NCBI GenBank assembly: GCA_023703535.1
Contig: CP097967.1
Coordinates: 796,156 to 860,155 of the forward strand
DNA: 64,000 nt
From: SAR86 cluster bacterium
GTDB taxonomy: Bacteria > Pseudomonadota > Gammaproteobacteria > Magnimaribacterales > TMED112
Direction: 5' to 3'
The stretch's first letter is position 1; each line of letters begins with the position of its first letter. Under the pieces are notes generated by a model. The model did no database searches, was not told the origin of the DNA, and was given only the letters and a program-made list of their open reading frames with translations. Positions 10,212-20,801 of this stretch are shown here, in pieces. The translations under genes were made by a program, and so were the position numbers.

Positions 10212-11671
10212 TAATCTGCTCTATAATTTGGTGCCTCTTTGGTAATGCTGACGTCATGAACATGACTCTCTAAAACACCAGATCTAGTAATTTTTTGGAA
10301 TTGTACTTTCTTCTTTAATTCTTCAATATTTTTTGATCCTGTATAGCCCATGCCCTGTCTTAGACCGCCCTCTAACTGATACACAACATCTTTTAACCAA
10401 CCTCTAAAAGGCACCCTACCCTCTATTCCTTCAGGAACTAGTTTATCTGTATCGATATCTTCACCTTGCATATATCTATTTGCATCTGTTCTTTTTGACA
10501 TAGCGCCGATTGAACCCATGCCTCTATAAGTTTTAAAACTTCTGCCCTGATATAACTCAACCTCTCCTGGCGCTTCCTCTGTTCCAGCCAGTGCACTGCC
10601 TAACATTACTGAATCTGCTCCAGCTCCAATAGCTTTTACAATATCTCCAGAAAATCTTACTCCACCATCAGATATAACTGGAATATCTTTAGCTGCTTGC
10701 ACAACATTTAACACAGCTGATAGTTGCGGGACTCCAACTCCAGCAATTATTCTAGTAGTACAGATTGATCCCGGACCAACACCTACCTTCACTGCATCTA
10801 CTCCCGCATCAATTAGTGCTTTTGCACCTTCTGCAGTAGCAACATTACCACCAATAATTTCAATCTTTGGAAATTTCTTTTTTACTTCCTTTACAGCATT
10901 TATAACTCCTTCAGAGTCACCGTGGGCACTATCTAGAACAAATACATCTACACCTGCTGCTGAGAGCTTTTCTGCTCTTTCCATTAAATCACTACTTACT
11001 CCAAGTGCAGCACCAACAATGAGTCTTCCTTCAGAGTCTCTTGAAGCCAAAGGATAATCGATAGATTTTTCAATATCTTTCATTGTTATCATTCCCGAGA
11101 GTTTATTGTGATCATCTAAAATAAGGACTTTCTCAATTCTATTTTTGTACATAAGTGATTTAACAACATCCTGACTTTCTCCTTCTTTTACAGTTATAAG
11201 TTTTTCTTTGGGAGTCATAATTTCTGCAACTGTCTGTTCCATATCTCTCGCATATCTAAAATCTCTGCCAGTCACAATTCCCTTTAATTCATCCTCATCG
11301 ACTACCGGCATACCTGATATATTTAACTCAGAAGTAAGCTGTTTAAGTTCCTCTATGGTATTGCTACTTTTAATTGTTATAGGATCTTTCACTATTCCAC
11401 TCTCAAACTTCTTAACTTTTTTAACTTCTAATGCCTGCTCATCAGGAGAGTTATTTTTATGAATTATTCCTATACCGCCAAGAGAAGCTAGTGCAATTGC
11501 CATTTTGGATTCTGTAACCGTATCCATAGCAGCGGAACAAAAGGGAAGATTTAAAGAAATGTTTTTTGTAAATCTAGATTTGAGTAAAACTTGTTTAGGT
11601 AGGACATCAGAGTGCATTGGTAAAACCAATACGTCGTCAAAAGTTAATGCTTCTGCAAGTACCTTTTCCAT
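10211..11671 (-). CDS. guaB: IMP dehydrogenase
   Basis: LTFDDVL, CBS pair, [15 protein letters not shown]; TAATG coupling to guaA. Confidence 0.99.
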   Translation of the reverse strand: MEKVLAEALTFDDVLVLPMHSDVLPKQVLLKSRFTKNISLNLPFCSAAMDTVTESKMAIALASLGGIGIIHKNNSPDEQALEVKKVKKFESGIVKDPITIKSSNTIEELKQLTSELNISGMPVVDEDELKGIVTGRDFRYARDMEQTVAEIMTPKEKLITVKEGESQDVVKSLMYKNRIEKVLILDDHNKLSGMITMKDIEKSIDYPLASRDSEGRLIVGAALGVSSDLMERAEKLSAAGVDVFVLDSAHGDSEGVINAVKEVKKKFPKIEIIGGNVATAEGAKALIDAGVDAVKVGVGPGSICTTRIIAGVGVPQLSAVLNVVQAAKDIPVISDGGVRFSGDIVKAIGAGADSVMLGSALAGTEEAPGEVELYQGRSFKTYRGMGSIGAMSKRTDANRYMQGEDIDTDKLVPEGIEGRVPFRGWLKDVVYQLEGGLRQGMGYTGSKNIEELKKKVQFQKITRSGVLESHVHDVSITKEAPNYRAD

Positions 11672-11706
11672 AATATAGTATATAACAAATGGTATTTTGA
11701 TTCCAT

Positions 11707-12444
11707 ATGGCCTTTAAGTTAGCGGTATTTTTAATGTTGGGAAGTATTCTCGCAAGCTGGGGAACTTATATTTATGATAATTATAGATTTCTTACTACAA
11801 CAAGTTACAAAAAGATACTTACTGCTAGATCAAAGTGCGATCACTGTGAAAAACAACTTAAATTAATCAATTTAATTCCTTTTTTCTCTTATATTTTTCA
11901 ACGAGGTAAATCATCTTGCTGCAACAAACCAATCAGCAGGAAATATTTCTACATAGAAAGTTTGGGAATTTTAGTTGGTGCGATAATGGCCTTTTTTGAT
12001 CAAATAAGCGTTGGCCTTCTCATAAGTTTATTAATATTTTTAATCTTCTTGGATGAAAGGTATAAAGAAATTCCGATTACACTCAACTTGCTAATTATTA
12101 TATTGGTGACTATTAGCATTCCTAATATTTCTCTAAATAATTTTGTTGCTCCTTTAATTGTTATGGCCTTTCTTTTATTGATTTACTTTGGGTTTTTGTT
12201 AATAAAAAAGAAAGAGGGAGTGGGCTTAGGAGACATCATACTTATTTTCAGCATCTCTCTTTTCATTGGCTTCCCTAATATTCTTTATTTAATAACCATT
12301 GCCTCATCATTACTACTTTTAAAAATAATATTCACCCAAAAGTATAAAGAGCAGCATGCATTTGGCTCATGGCTAGCTGGAGTATTTTTGACTTTTATTT
12401 TATTCCAAGAATTTTATGTGTTTGAAGGCTCAGTGACCATCTAG
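11707..12444 (+). CDS. Prepilin peptidase (A24, PilD/GspO-like)
   Basis: RSKCDHC...LIPFFSYIFQRGKSSCC Zn-binding N-domain, GLGD motif, multiple TM helices. Confidence 0.85.
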   Translation: MAFKLAVFLMLGSILASWGTYIYDNYRFLTTTSYKKILTARSKCDHCEKQLKLINLIPFFSYIFQRGKSSCCNKPISRKYFYIESLGILVGAIMAFFDQISVGLLISLLIFLIFLDERYKEIPITLNLLIIILVTISIPNISLNNFVAPLIVMAFLLLIYFGFLLIKKKEGVGLGDIILIFSISLFIGFPNILYLITIASSLLLLKIIFTQKYKEQHAFGSWLAGVFLTFILFQEFYVFEGSVTI

Positions 12445-13024
12445 GATTTTGCATACAAAAATCTAAAGAGGCTTTTAAATTTTTCGAATAACTCTTTGAA
12501 TCCATTGGTTGAATATAAAAATCATCAAAATCAAAACTCATAAAATCATTGGGATCATAATTTTCTTGGGGATGAATAACTTTTATTTCGTTTCCTGATT
12601 TAAGCTTTATATTTGTATTGGCTTTTGGACTCATACAAATCCAATCTATACCTTTAGGAGCTGGAAGAGTGCCATTCGTTTCGATAGCAATATAAAAACC
12701 TTCCTCTTTAAACGCAGAAATTAAATCACTATCAAGTTGAAGTAAAGGCTCACCGCCCGTACATAAAACTCTTATTTGTTTTGATGTGCTTAACCATAGC
12801 AATTTAACTCTTTTTATAAGTTCTTTTGCAGAGTAAACGCCTCCATTAATACCATCTGTCCCATAAAAATCTGTATCACAGAACTTACAAATTGCTGAAG
12901 CTCTATTTTTTTCTTTGCCACTCCACAAGTTACAGCCAGAAAACCTTACAAAGACAAAGTCTTTTCCAGTATTAGTTCCCTCTCCTTGTTGTGTGAAGAA
13001 AATTTCTTTAATTTTATAGGTCAT
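12395..13024 (-). CDS. queE: 7-carboxy-7-deazaguanine synthase (radical SAM)
   Basis: EIFFTQQGEG, RFSGCNLW...CKFCDTDF (long CX14CX2C variant), TGGEP, LQTHK. Confidence 0.93.
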   Translation of the reverse strand: MTYKIKEIFFTQQGEGTNTGKDFVFVRFSGCNLWSGKEKNRASAICKFCDTDFYGTDGINGGVYSAKELIKRVKLLWLSTSKQIRVLCTGGEPLLQLDSDLISAFKEEGFYIAIETNGTLPAPKGIDWICMSPKANTNIKLKSGNEIKVIHPQENYDPNDFMSFDFDDFYIQPMDSKSYSKNLKASLDFCMQNPRWSLSLQTHKILGIK

Positions 13025-13662
13025 AATGGATCTTCGATATTATTGATTTTAAATGCATTTTGCCTCTCTAGACATGCGCTACACTTACCGCAAGGATTCT
13101 CTTTTCCCTCATAGCAAGTCCAGGCTTTAGAATAATCTAAATCCATATTTAGACCCTCTTTTATAATTTCACCTTTAGTCATTCCCTTAAAGGGAGCTTC
13201 AAAAATAATTTCATGGTAATCACAAATTTTTAATACTTCTCCTAGTTTTGAAATAAATTCTGGTCGACAGTCTGGATAAATTTCATGATCGCCAGCATGT
13301 GCTGCATACCATAGATATTGAAGTTTATTCTTTATAGCTAGTGATGCAGCAATCGAAATCATTATCATATTTCTGTTTGGCACAATGGTTTGTTTCATTT
13401 TTTCTTTATCATAGTTCCCTTCAGGGATTTTTGAATCACCTACTAAGGCAGAGTTTGAAAGTAAATCAGCAATATCAAGTTTTACTACTTTGTGATTTAT
13501 ACCTAATTCAAGACAATTATTCTTTGCGTAATCAATTTCTTTTTTATGCTTTTGACCATAATCAAAAGTGATAGCCTCGACCTTTTTGAAATTTTGAAGT
13601 GCTTTATTTAAAAGAGTATATGAATCCAGTCCACCTGAATAAACTACTAATGCACTACTCAT
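13021..13662 (-). CDS. queC: 7-cyano-7-deazaguanine synthase
   Basis: SGGLDS, VPNRN, YPDCRPEF, CYEG..PCGKCSAC. Start at 13662 (MSSALV) gives an ATGA overlap with phhB. Confidence 0.95.
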   Translation of the reverse strand: MSSALVVYSGGLDSYTLLNKALQNFKKVEAITFDYGQKHKKEIDYAKNNCLELGINHKVVKLDIADLLSNSALVGDSKIPEGNYDKEKMKQTIVPNRNMIMISIAASLAIKNKLQYLWYAAHAGDHEIYPDCRPEFISKLGEVLKICDYHEIIFEAPFKGMTKGEIIKEGLNMDLDYSKAWTCYEGKENPCGKCSACLERQNAFKINNIEDPL

Positions 13663-13985
13663 GCAAGGGAATCTGTTTTGGCAGCACAAATAAAATCATT
13701 TTTATGTAGCCCTTCTATTTTATGGCTCCACCAATACACGGTAACTTTACCCCACTCAAGAATGATTTTAGGATGATGATCTTCTTCATCTGCCATTTCT
13801 GCAACTTTTTTAGTAAAGTCAACAGCCTCCATATATGATGAGAATTTAAAATCTTTAACAAGTTTTTCTACTCCGTCATCCAAAATATTCCAATCTGGCA
13901 ATTCTTTTAAAAAAGTCTTTTTTTCGTCATCAGTAACCTTTGGGGCTCCAATTCTGCAAGCTTCACACTTATTATTCTCAAGCAT
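13659..13985 (-). CDS. phhB: Pterin-4-alpha-carbinolamine dehydratase
   Basis: CEACR N-terminus, EEDHHP, WWSHKIEGLHKNDFICAAK. Confidence 0.92.
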   Translation of the reverse strand: MLENNKCEACRIGAPKVTDDEKKTFLKELPDWNILDDGVEKLVKDFKFSSYMEAVDFTKKVAEMADEEDHHPKIILEWGKVTVYWWSHKIEGLHKNDFICAAKTDSLA

Positions 13986-13986
13986 C

Positions 13987-15384
13987 TTAAAAATATGGTT
14001 TAGTTAGATTTTTTGGATCTAACAGAGTTTCAAGTTCACTTCTTTCAATCGTTGTCATTTCTTCTGCCACGTCTATTATTGAGCGCTTTTCTTTATAGGC
14101 CTTTTTTGCAATTTCTGCAGCTTTTTTATAACCAATGACCCTATTAAGAGCTGTTACAAGTATTGGATTTCTATTTAAATTTTCTGAAACATTCTTTTCG
14201 TTTACTTTGAAAGTTTTTATACATTTTTTTGCCAGTAATGGCATTGCATTACCAAGTAAATTTATGCTTTTAAGAAGGTTGTAGGCAATAACAGGAAGCA
14301 TTACATTCAGTTGGAAATTTCCACTTTGGGCAGCAATTGATATTGTTAAATCATTCCCGATTACATCTGCACTTGCCATAGCAACAGCCTCTGGAATGAC
14401 AGGATTAACCTTTCCTGGCATTATGCTGCTACCAGGCTGCAATGCTTCAAGCTCTATGTCTGATAAACCAGTTAAAGGGCCGCTATTCATCCATCTCAAA
14501 TCATTAGAAATCTTCATCAGAGCAAGTGCTAAATTTTTAAGAGCACTTGATGCTTCTGCTGCAACATCTTGTGCCGCTAAATGCTGATAAAAATTGCTTG
14601 CTGGTTTCACGCTTATACCAATTGTTTTTTTCACTTCTTGGCAAAAAACTTTTGGAAAGTCTTTATGTGAATTTATACCGGTTCCAATTGCTGTACCTCC
14701 TTGAGGCAGCTCAGAAAGTCTTTTAAAGGAGGAATTAAGTGAATTTTTACAACCTCTAAGCTGAGCAGACCAGGCAGAAAGTTCTTGAGAAAATTCTATT
14801 GGCATTGCATCCATAAGATGTGTTCTGCCAGTTTTTACTACTCCTTTTAACTTTACCTCCTTCTTATCAATTTCCTTAATCAAAACATCCAGTCCAGGTA
14901 GTAATAATTCTTTCATATCTAACAATGCGCTAATGCATATAGCTGTAGGGATAGTGTCATTGCTGCTTTGACTCATATTCACCTCATCATTAGGGCTAAT
15001 TTGATCCCTTAATTTTGCAGAGGCTAAATTAGCTATAACTTCATTTGCATTCATATTTGTGCTCGTTCCAGAACCTGTTTGAAAAATATCAATAGGAAAA
15101 TGATCATCAACATCTCCATTTATTACTTTTTTTGCTGCTGATTTTATTGCTTCGCTTTTTTTGTTATTTAGAATTCCTAGATCATTGTTTGCAATAGCTG
15201 CAGAATATTTAATTACACCTAAAGCTTTTAAAAAGGAGCGACCAAAAGGAAATTTAAATTTAATTCCACTTATGGGGAAATTCTCAATAGCACGTTGTGT
15301 TTGTGCTCCCCATAACGCATCTTTTGGGACTTTAATCTCACCAAGACTGTCAGTCTCGACTCTAGTTTTTAGATTTTTACTCAT
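13987..15384 (-). CDS. fumC: Fumarate hydratase class II
   Basis: WGAQTQR, QTGSGTSTNMNANEV, GRTHLMDA, GSSIMPGKVNP signature. Confidence 0.97.
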   Translation of the reverse strand: MSKNLKTRVETDSLGEIKVPKDALWGAQTQRAIENFPISGIKFKFPFGRSFLKALGVIKYSAAIANNDLGILNNKKSEAIKSAAKKVINGDVDDHFPIDIFQTGSGTSTNMNANEVIANLASAKLRDQISPNDEVNMSQSSNDTIPTAICISALLDMKELLLPGLDVLIKEIDKKEVKLKGVVKTGRTHLMDAMPIEFSQELSAWSAQLRGCKNSLNSSFKRLSELPQGGTAIGTGINSHKDFPKVFCQEVKKTIGISVKPASNFYQHLAAQDVAAEASSALKNLALALMKISNDLRWMNSGPLTGLSDIELEALQPGSSIMPGKVNPVIPEAVAMASADVIGNDLTISIAAQSGNFQLNVMLPVIAYNLLKSINLLGNAMPLLAKKCIKTFKVNEKNVSENLNRNPILVTALNRVIGYKKAAEIAKKAYKEKRSIIDVAEEMTTIERSELETLLDPKNLTKPYF

Positions 15385-15396
15385 GATTTCTTATGA

Positions 15397-15412
15397 ATTA
15401 TAATTTATTATA
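15397..15412. promoter_or_regulatory. Overlapping divergent -10 boxes between fumC and the aldolase gene
   Basis: ATTATAATTTATTATA carries TATAAT on both strands within a 35-bp divergent gap. Confidence 0.4.
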
Positions 15413-15419
15413 AATCCAT

Positions 15420-16256
15420 ATGGCTACTGCAGATAATTTAGATACACCTATTGCTAAGAAAATTGATCTTTCCAAGGGTAAACTACCTTTTAAAGGTAAG
15501 GGTCTTTCTGGTTGCGTAGACATAAATTCAAAATCAATTGAAGAGCAAAGAAGATATGGTGTGGAGCGTCTTGCAGCTGCATACAGAATATTTTCAAGTC
15601 ACGGATTTGACCTTGGTTTAGTAGGCCATATCTCTTTCAGAGATCCAGAATTTAAAGATTGCTTTTGGATAAACCCACTCGGATATCATTTTTCACAAAT
15701 GAAGGTTTCTGACCTTTGTTTAATGAATCAAAATGGTGAATTAGTTTATGGAAAAGAAAGAACAGGAGATGCTGCACAATCGATTCACTCTAATATCTAT
15801 AAGAGTAGACCTGATATAAATGCGGTAGCACATGCTCACCCAATGTATGGCAAAACATTTTCTACACTTAACAAAGAACTGAAACCAATCACTCAAGACT
15901 CATGCGCATTTTATAAGAGAACTGCAACATTCACAGATTATGATGGAGTGGCAAATGGACCTGACGAGGGAATTAATATCGCGAAAGCTCTAGCTGACAA
16001 AGATTTTCTTATCTTGCAGAATCATGGAATATTGACAACTGGAACTATGGTTGAGACAACGCTTTGGTATTTTCTTAACATGGAAGAGGCATGCAAATCT
16101 CAACTGCTAGCTGAAGCGGTTGGAGAGCCGATTGTTATTCCTGATAAAGTTGCAATTCACACTAGAGACTACGTTGCAAATGACTTATCTGCTTTTGCAA
16201 GTATCCAGCCTCTTCTAGATGTTCTTTGGGAAAAAGAGCCAGAATTTTTAGATTAA
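15420..16256 (+). CDS. Class II aldolase/adducin family protein
   Basis: RLAAAYRIF, GHISFRDP, IHS, HAH, LQNHG Zn-binding pattern. Confidence 0.88.
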   Translation: MATADNLDTPIAKKIDLSKGKLPFKGKGLSGCVDINSKSIEEQRRYGVERLAAAYRIFSSHGFDLGLVGHISFRDPEFKDCFWINPLGYHFSQMKVSDLCLMNQNGELVYGKERTGDAAQSIHSNIYKSRPDINAVAHAHPMYGKTFSTLNKELKPITQDSCAFYKRTATFTDYDGVANGPDEGINIAKALADKDFLILQNHGILTTGTMVETTLWYFLNMEEACKSQLLAEAVGEPIVIPDKVAIHTRDYVANDLSAFASIQPLLDVLWEKEPEFLD

Positions 16257-17671
16257 GTAATTACAGCTTGAACTTCTAAATATTCCTCTAGTCCAAAAGT
16301 GCCGTGCTCCCTTCCATTACCGGACATTTTAAATCCTCCAAATGGTGCAGGATAATCCCCACGCGAAATCCGATTGACTATTACTTGTCCGGCTCGAATT
16401 CTTTTAGCTATTTCATGTCCTTTGTCTATATCGGAGCAAGAAACCATACTCGATAATCCATACGGAGTATCATTGGCAATTTCGACTGCCTCATCTATGT
16501 CTTTATATGGAATTAGGCAAATAACTGGACCAAATATTTCTTCCTGAGCTATTTGCATTTCATTTTTAACATTTGTGAAAATTGTAGGCTTAACATAAAA
16601 ACCCTTGTCTAATCCATCTGGCCTGTCAACTCCACCTAAGGCTAATTCAGCTCCTTCATCTATACCTTTCTGAATTAGTGCTTGCACCTTCTCAAATTGT
16701 GTTTTATTTGAGATAGGGCCTAAAAAAGTTTCTTCATTATTAGGATCTCCAGTTTTCATTTTCTGTGTTGCAATGCATGCATATTCTGTTGCCTCTTTGA
16801 TCAAATTTTCAGGTATGAGCATTCTTGTAGGTGATGAGCATGACTGGCCAGTGTTGAAAAAGCATTGCTTGATTCCCATTTCAACAGCTTTTTCTAAATC
16901 TGCATCTTCAAGGATTATATTTGGAGATTTTCCCCCTAATTCTAATGAGACCCTTTTGATATTGTCTGCAGCATGTTTTTGTATATCAATACCAGCTCGA
17001 GTTGAACCGGTGAAAGATATCATCTCTAAATCATCGTGTTGGCTCATTGCTCTACCAACAATATCTCCTCTACCATGTATAAGATTAAAAATTCCTTTTG
17101 GTAAAGAAGTCTTATCAACAACTTCAGCAAGAAGATGAGCTGCACCAGGTGTTATTTCACTAGGCTTAATTACAAATGATGTCCCTGCAGCAATTGCCGA
17201 AGCAACTTTAGTACACATTTGATTTAGTGGCCAATTCCATGGAGTTATCATTCCAACTGGACCAATTGGTAATTTATTTAAAGTAATATTGTCATGCTTT
17301 TCATCAAAATCGAAGGTCTCTAAAACTGTTAAAGTATTTTTGAAATGGATTGTTCCACTACCAAATTGAGCTCCATAAGATATTTTTTTTGGTGCACCCA
17401 TTTCTTTTGATATTGCATCAGCAAATTCTTGTCTTCTTGATTCCATTCCCTCAATGATTTCACTAAGAATTTTCTTTCTTTCCTCAATAGATAGTTTTGA
17501 GGCAATTTCAAAGCTGTTCTTCGCAGAAGCAACTGCGGCATCTACATCCTTTTTGCTTCCGGAAATTACATATCCAATAATCTCCTCAGTTGATGGGTTT
17601 ATTAAATCAATTTTTTCATCGCCATCAGGAGTGATGAATTCACCATTGATGTAAAACTTATCTATATCCAT
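16253..17671 (-). CDS. Aldehyde dehydrogenase
   Basis: ITPWNWP, FTGSTRAG, LELGGKS, catalytic Cys in GQSC, EEIFGPV, PFGGFKMSG. Confidence 0.95.
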   Translation of the reverse strand: MDIDKFYINGEFITPDGDEKIDLINPSTEEIIGYVISGSKKDVDAAVASAKNSFEIASKLSIEERKKILSEIIEGMESRRQEFADAISKEMGAPKKISYGAQFGSGTIHFKNTLTVLETFDFDEKHDNITLNKLPIGPVGMITPWNWPLNQMCTKVASAIAAGTSFVIKPSEITPGAAHLLAEVVDKTSLPKGIFNLIHGRGDIVGRAMSQHDDLEMISFTGSTRAGIDIQKHAADNIKRVSLELGGKSPNIILEDADLEKAVEMGIKQCFFNTGQSCSSPTRMLIPENLIKEATEYACIATQKMKTGDPNNEETFLGPISNKTQFEKVQALIQKGIDEGAELALGGVDRPDGLDKGFYVKPTIFTNVKNEMQIAQEEIFGPVICLIPYKDIDEAVEIANDTPYGLSSMVSCSDIDKGHEIAKRIRAGQVIVNRISRGDYPAPFGGFKMSGNGREHGTFGLEEYLEVQAVIT

Positions 17672-17725
17672 GTGTCTATTTTAACTTATATAAGGAAACA
17701 TAATGCTATATCAACATTCATAAAA

Positions 17726-19132
17726 TTATAAATTCTTTAAGTCTTGAAATGCCTCTATTGCCTTTTGCCTCGATATTTTTAAGTCAACTAGAGGTTTAAA
17801 ATATCCATATTTCTCTGGCTCAGATGGCATATGAATTTCGCTTATTGGGCAATCTTTTAATTCTGGTATCCAAAACTTTATATAGTCACCTTTAGGATCA
17901 AATCTTAAGGACTGAGTTTCAGGATTCATTATCCTAAAATATGGGGCTGCATCTGTGCCTGTTGAAGCACTCCATTGCCAGCCTCCATTATTAGATGCTA
18001 TGTCACCATCAACTAAATTTTCCATAAAATACTTTTCACCCTCTTGCCAATTGATAAGAAGATTTTTACTCAAAAACATTGCTGTTATCATTCTCAAACG
18101 ATTATGCATCCAACCTGTTTCATTCATTTCTCTCATACCTGCATCAACAATAGGTATTCCTGTTTCCCCTTTTTTCCATCTATTCAGTGCACTTTCATCA
18201 ATATTCCATTTAATATTGGAAGTATTTGATATGAATGGTTTTCCCATCGAAACTTTAGGGAAGTTATAAATTATATGTTTATAAAACTCTCTCCAAAGAA
18301 TCTCTGATACCCAATGTACGATACCTTTATCGCCCTCATCTAAGAAACCATTATTATTTTCCATTGCCTTAACAAGACACCATTTTGATGAAACTATTCC
18401 AGAATTTATGTAGGGTGATAGTTTTGATGTTGCCTCTATACTTGGAAAATTTCTATCCTCTTTATACTTTGAGCCTTTAGTTGAAAGAAAACTTTTAATT
18501 TTTTCTTGAATAAATTCTTCACCAGTTTCCCAGTAATGAGAATTAGAAGTATCACTTTGAGAAATATATTCAGTAATGTCTGTACTTTTTAGATCTGAAG
18601 CTTCTTTTTTTTCAGGTATTGGCAAGAGCTTAAGTTGCTCATCTTTAAGTTCAGCAAACCACTTCCTCTTAAAAGGACTGTAGACACTAAAGTTTGTATC
18701 GCTTTGTGTTTTTAAAGTTCCAGGAGCATGTATTACTTGATCATGATAATTAAAAACCCCTATACCTTTTTCTTTAAGTTTAGAAAAAACTTTTCTATCT
18801 CTTCTTAGCTCATTAATTGGATATTCATTATTAAAATAGAGATTATCTACTTTATTATCCTGAGAAAATTTCAAAATTTTTTCTGCTATATTCTCATAAT
18901 CTTTAGTTTCTAAGATAACTAACGGGATGTTAAGTTTCTCTAAGCTATCTCTGAGTTTTAATAATGACCTAAACCAAAAATTAATTTTTACTTTTGCATC
19001 ATCGTGCTCTTTCCATTGAGATTGAGTAACAATAAAAATTCCAATGACTGATTTTGATGTAAGACAAGCATTATAGAGAGCAGGATTATCCTCAACTCTA
19101 AGGTCGTTTCTAAACCAACAAACTGATCTCAT
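17726..19132 (-). CDS. phrB: Deoxyribodipyrimidine (CPD) photolyase, class I
   Basis: WFRNDLRVEDN, TSKLSPY, WREFY, GWMHNRLRM, NNGGWQWSASTG. Confidence 0.95.
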   Translation of the reverse strand: MRSVCWFRNDLRVEDNPALYNACLTSKSVIGIFIVTQSQWKEHDDAKVKINFWFRSLLKLRDSLEKLNIPLVILETKDYENIAEKILKFSQDNKVDNLYFNNEYPINELRRDRKVFSKLKEKGIGVFNYHDQVIHAPGTLKTQSDTNFSVYSPFKRKWFAELKDEQLKLLPIPEKKEASDLKSTDITEYISQSDTSNSHYWETGEEFIQEKIKSFLSTKGSKYKEDRNFPSIEATSKLSPYINSGIVSSKWCLVKAMENNNGFLDEGDKGIVHWVSEILWREFYKHIIYNFPKVSMGKPFISNTSNIKWNIDESALNRWKKGETGIPIVDAGMREMNETGWMHNRLRMITAMFLSKNLLINWQEGEKYFMENLVDGDIASNNGGWQWSASTGTDAAPYFRIMNPETQSLRFDPKGDYIKFWIPELKDCPISEIHMPSEPEKYGYFKPLVDLKISRQKAIEAFQDLKNL

Positions 19133-20076
19133 ACTAATTTTATTAACTGTTCTCTAAGCTTTTGTCTATATTCAGTAACAAAACTATGAACACCGCCCTC
19201 ATACTTATCTTTTGAATGATGAAGTTCATTCAATCTCAAGATTTTCAATATCCCTTTTTTTTCGAAACCTTCGATTATGTCGTGGTGATGTTCTCTTTTT
19301 AAAGGGCCTCTAAGCTCAATGACATTTACGAAATATCCCCTTGAGATAATTTCTAAAATCATGCTGGTACTATCAGCAGTTACGAATATGTTGGAATGCG
19401 AATCTATGGCATTTTGTAAAATTTCAAATGAAGTATCTTTTAGATCTAGGAATTCGTGTTTTTTTCCAGCATTCTCCTTAAGATTTGCCCATGCAAATTT
19501 TGGAGTTCTTCGTGAATTTAAAAAAGTAGTATTGATATTTTTAAATTCATAAGAGAGTCTATACCAATCTTTTTCACCATAGTCGTAGCCACTACCATCA
19601 CCACCAAGCATTACTAAACTCTGTTTTTTAGGTTCGATTTTTTTTGAATAAGGTTTAAATTTTGTAGGTGGAATTACAGTTGAAATAACTTTAAAAGCAG
19701 AACTGATGTCTTCTTTTGTTGAAATTATTCCATTAAATTTTTTCATCACCCTAAATTTAGGAGTACCAATGTAGACAATTTTTGCCTTCGTTTTAATAGA
19801 TACAAGATATGCAGGCATCACAGTTCTGGAACCAGAGCATATAACTAGATCATACTTTTTGTCACCAATGCTTGGATTTAGCAATCTAAGAATAAATAAA
19901 TAAAAATTTTCTTTAAAAAAAGTAAAAAGCTTCTCTAGAAACCCAGGCAAAGAGATAAAATCTTTTCCCAAAAATAGGACATCTTTTTCATGATCATAAT
20001 CTTGAATCACATCTCTTAAGCCTAGACACTGTGTTAAATGACCTGACTTTTTATCAGCAACTACAGCAATCTTCAT
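19129..20076 (-). CDS. ELM1/GtrOC1-family putative glycosyltransferase
   Basis: KKSGHLTQCLGL, LGGDG, SRRTP, VTADSTSM family pattern. Confidence 0.8.
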   Translation of the reverse strand: MKIAVVADKKSGHLTQCLGLRDVIQDYDHEKDVLFLGKDFISLPGFLEKLFTFFKENFYLFILRLLNPSIGDKKYDLVICSGSRTVMPAYLVSIKTKAKIVYIGTPKFRVMKKFNGIISTKEDISSAFKVISTVIPPTKFKPYSKKIEPKKQSLVMLGGDGSGYDYGEKDWYRLSYEFKNINTTFLNSRRTPKFAWANLKENAGKKHEFLDLKDTSFEILQNAIDSHSNIFVTADSTSMILEIISRGYFVNVIELRGPLKREHHHDIIEGFEKKGILKILRLNELHHSKDKYEGGVHSFVTEYRQKLREQLIKLV

Positions 20077-20801
20077 ATTTTTCCATTAGAAAAGCTAACA
20101 GAATACCTGCTCTCTGAAATCTCTTCAAAATTTACTGAACCTCCTGCTTCTTCGATTAAAGAAATCCCTGCAGCAAAGTCCCATATATACACTCCTTTTT
20201 CAGTATAAAAATCGCATTTTCCAGAAGCGATGTATGCGCAAGATAAGGCTGCGCTTCCAAACATTCTTACCTTCTTAAATTCCTTTAGCAAAGATATAAA
20301 TTCTTCGTTAACTTTCATTTCCTTAGAAGAAGGGAAGCCTGTTGTCAGATATCCCTTCTCTCTTTTATCTACATCTGAGACCTTGATTTTTTGACCATTT
20401 AAAAATGCCCCCATTCCTTTTGCTGACTCAAACATTTCATCGGTATTGAAATTATAAATGACTCCAATTAACCCTTCTGTACCTTTGAGAAGTGCAATTG
20501 ACACACAACATTGATCAAGTCCTCTGAAATAATTTGAAGTGCCATCTAGAGGATCTATTACCCATAAATAAGAATTTTCTGAAATTGAATTTCCTCCAAA
20601 CTCTTCTCCAAGCACTGGAATTCCAGTATCTTTAAGTGATTTTTTAATTCTTGTTTCTGTAGCTCTATCAATTTCAAGCTTTATATCTCTGCCCTCTTCA
20701 GAAAAAATTTGTTTTGTCTTATTTTTATTATCAAGAAGGAAATTTCCTGCTTCACGAGCTATTTCTTTTGCAATACTAAGATTTTCCTTTAAATTCATCA
20801 C
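20073..20801 (-). CDS. suhB: Inositol monophosphatase family protein
   Basis: WVIDPLDGTSNY, RMFGSAAL, WDFAAG. Confidence 0.88.
   Translation of the reverse strand: MMNLKENLSIAKEIAREAGNFLLDNKNKTKQIFSEEGRDIKLEIDRATETRIKKSLKDTGIPVLGEEFGGNSISENSYLWVIDPLDGTSNYFRGLDQCCVSIALLKGTEGLIGVIYNFNTDEMFESAKGMGAFLNGQKIKVSDVDKREKGYLTTGFPSSKEMKVNEEFISLLKEFKKVRMFGSAALSCAYIASGKCDFYTEKGVYIWDFAAGISLIEEAGGSVNFEEISESRYSVSFSNGKI

Noticed and set aside
12395-13662. queC/queE as a 7-deazaguanine DNA-modification or Qat-type defence system
   Set aside because: No dpdA/tgt paralogue, ATPase or nuclease nearby; housekeeping context fits queuosine synthesis.
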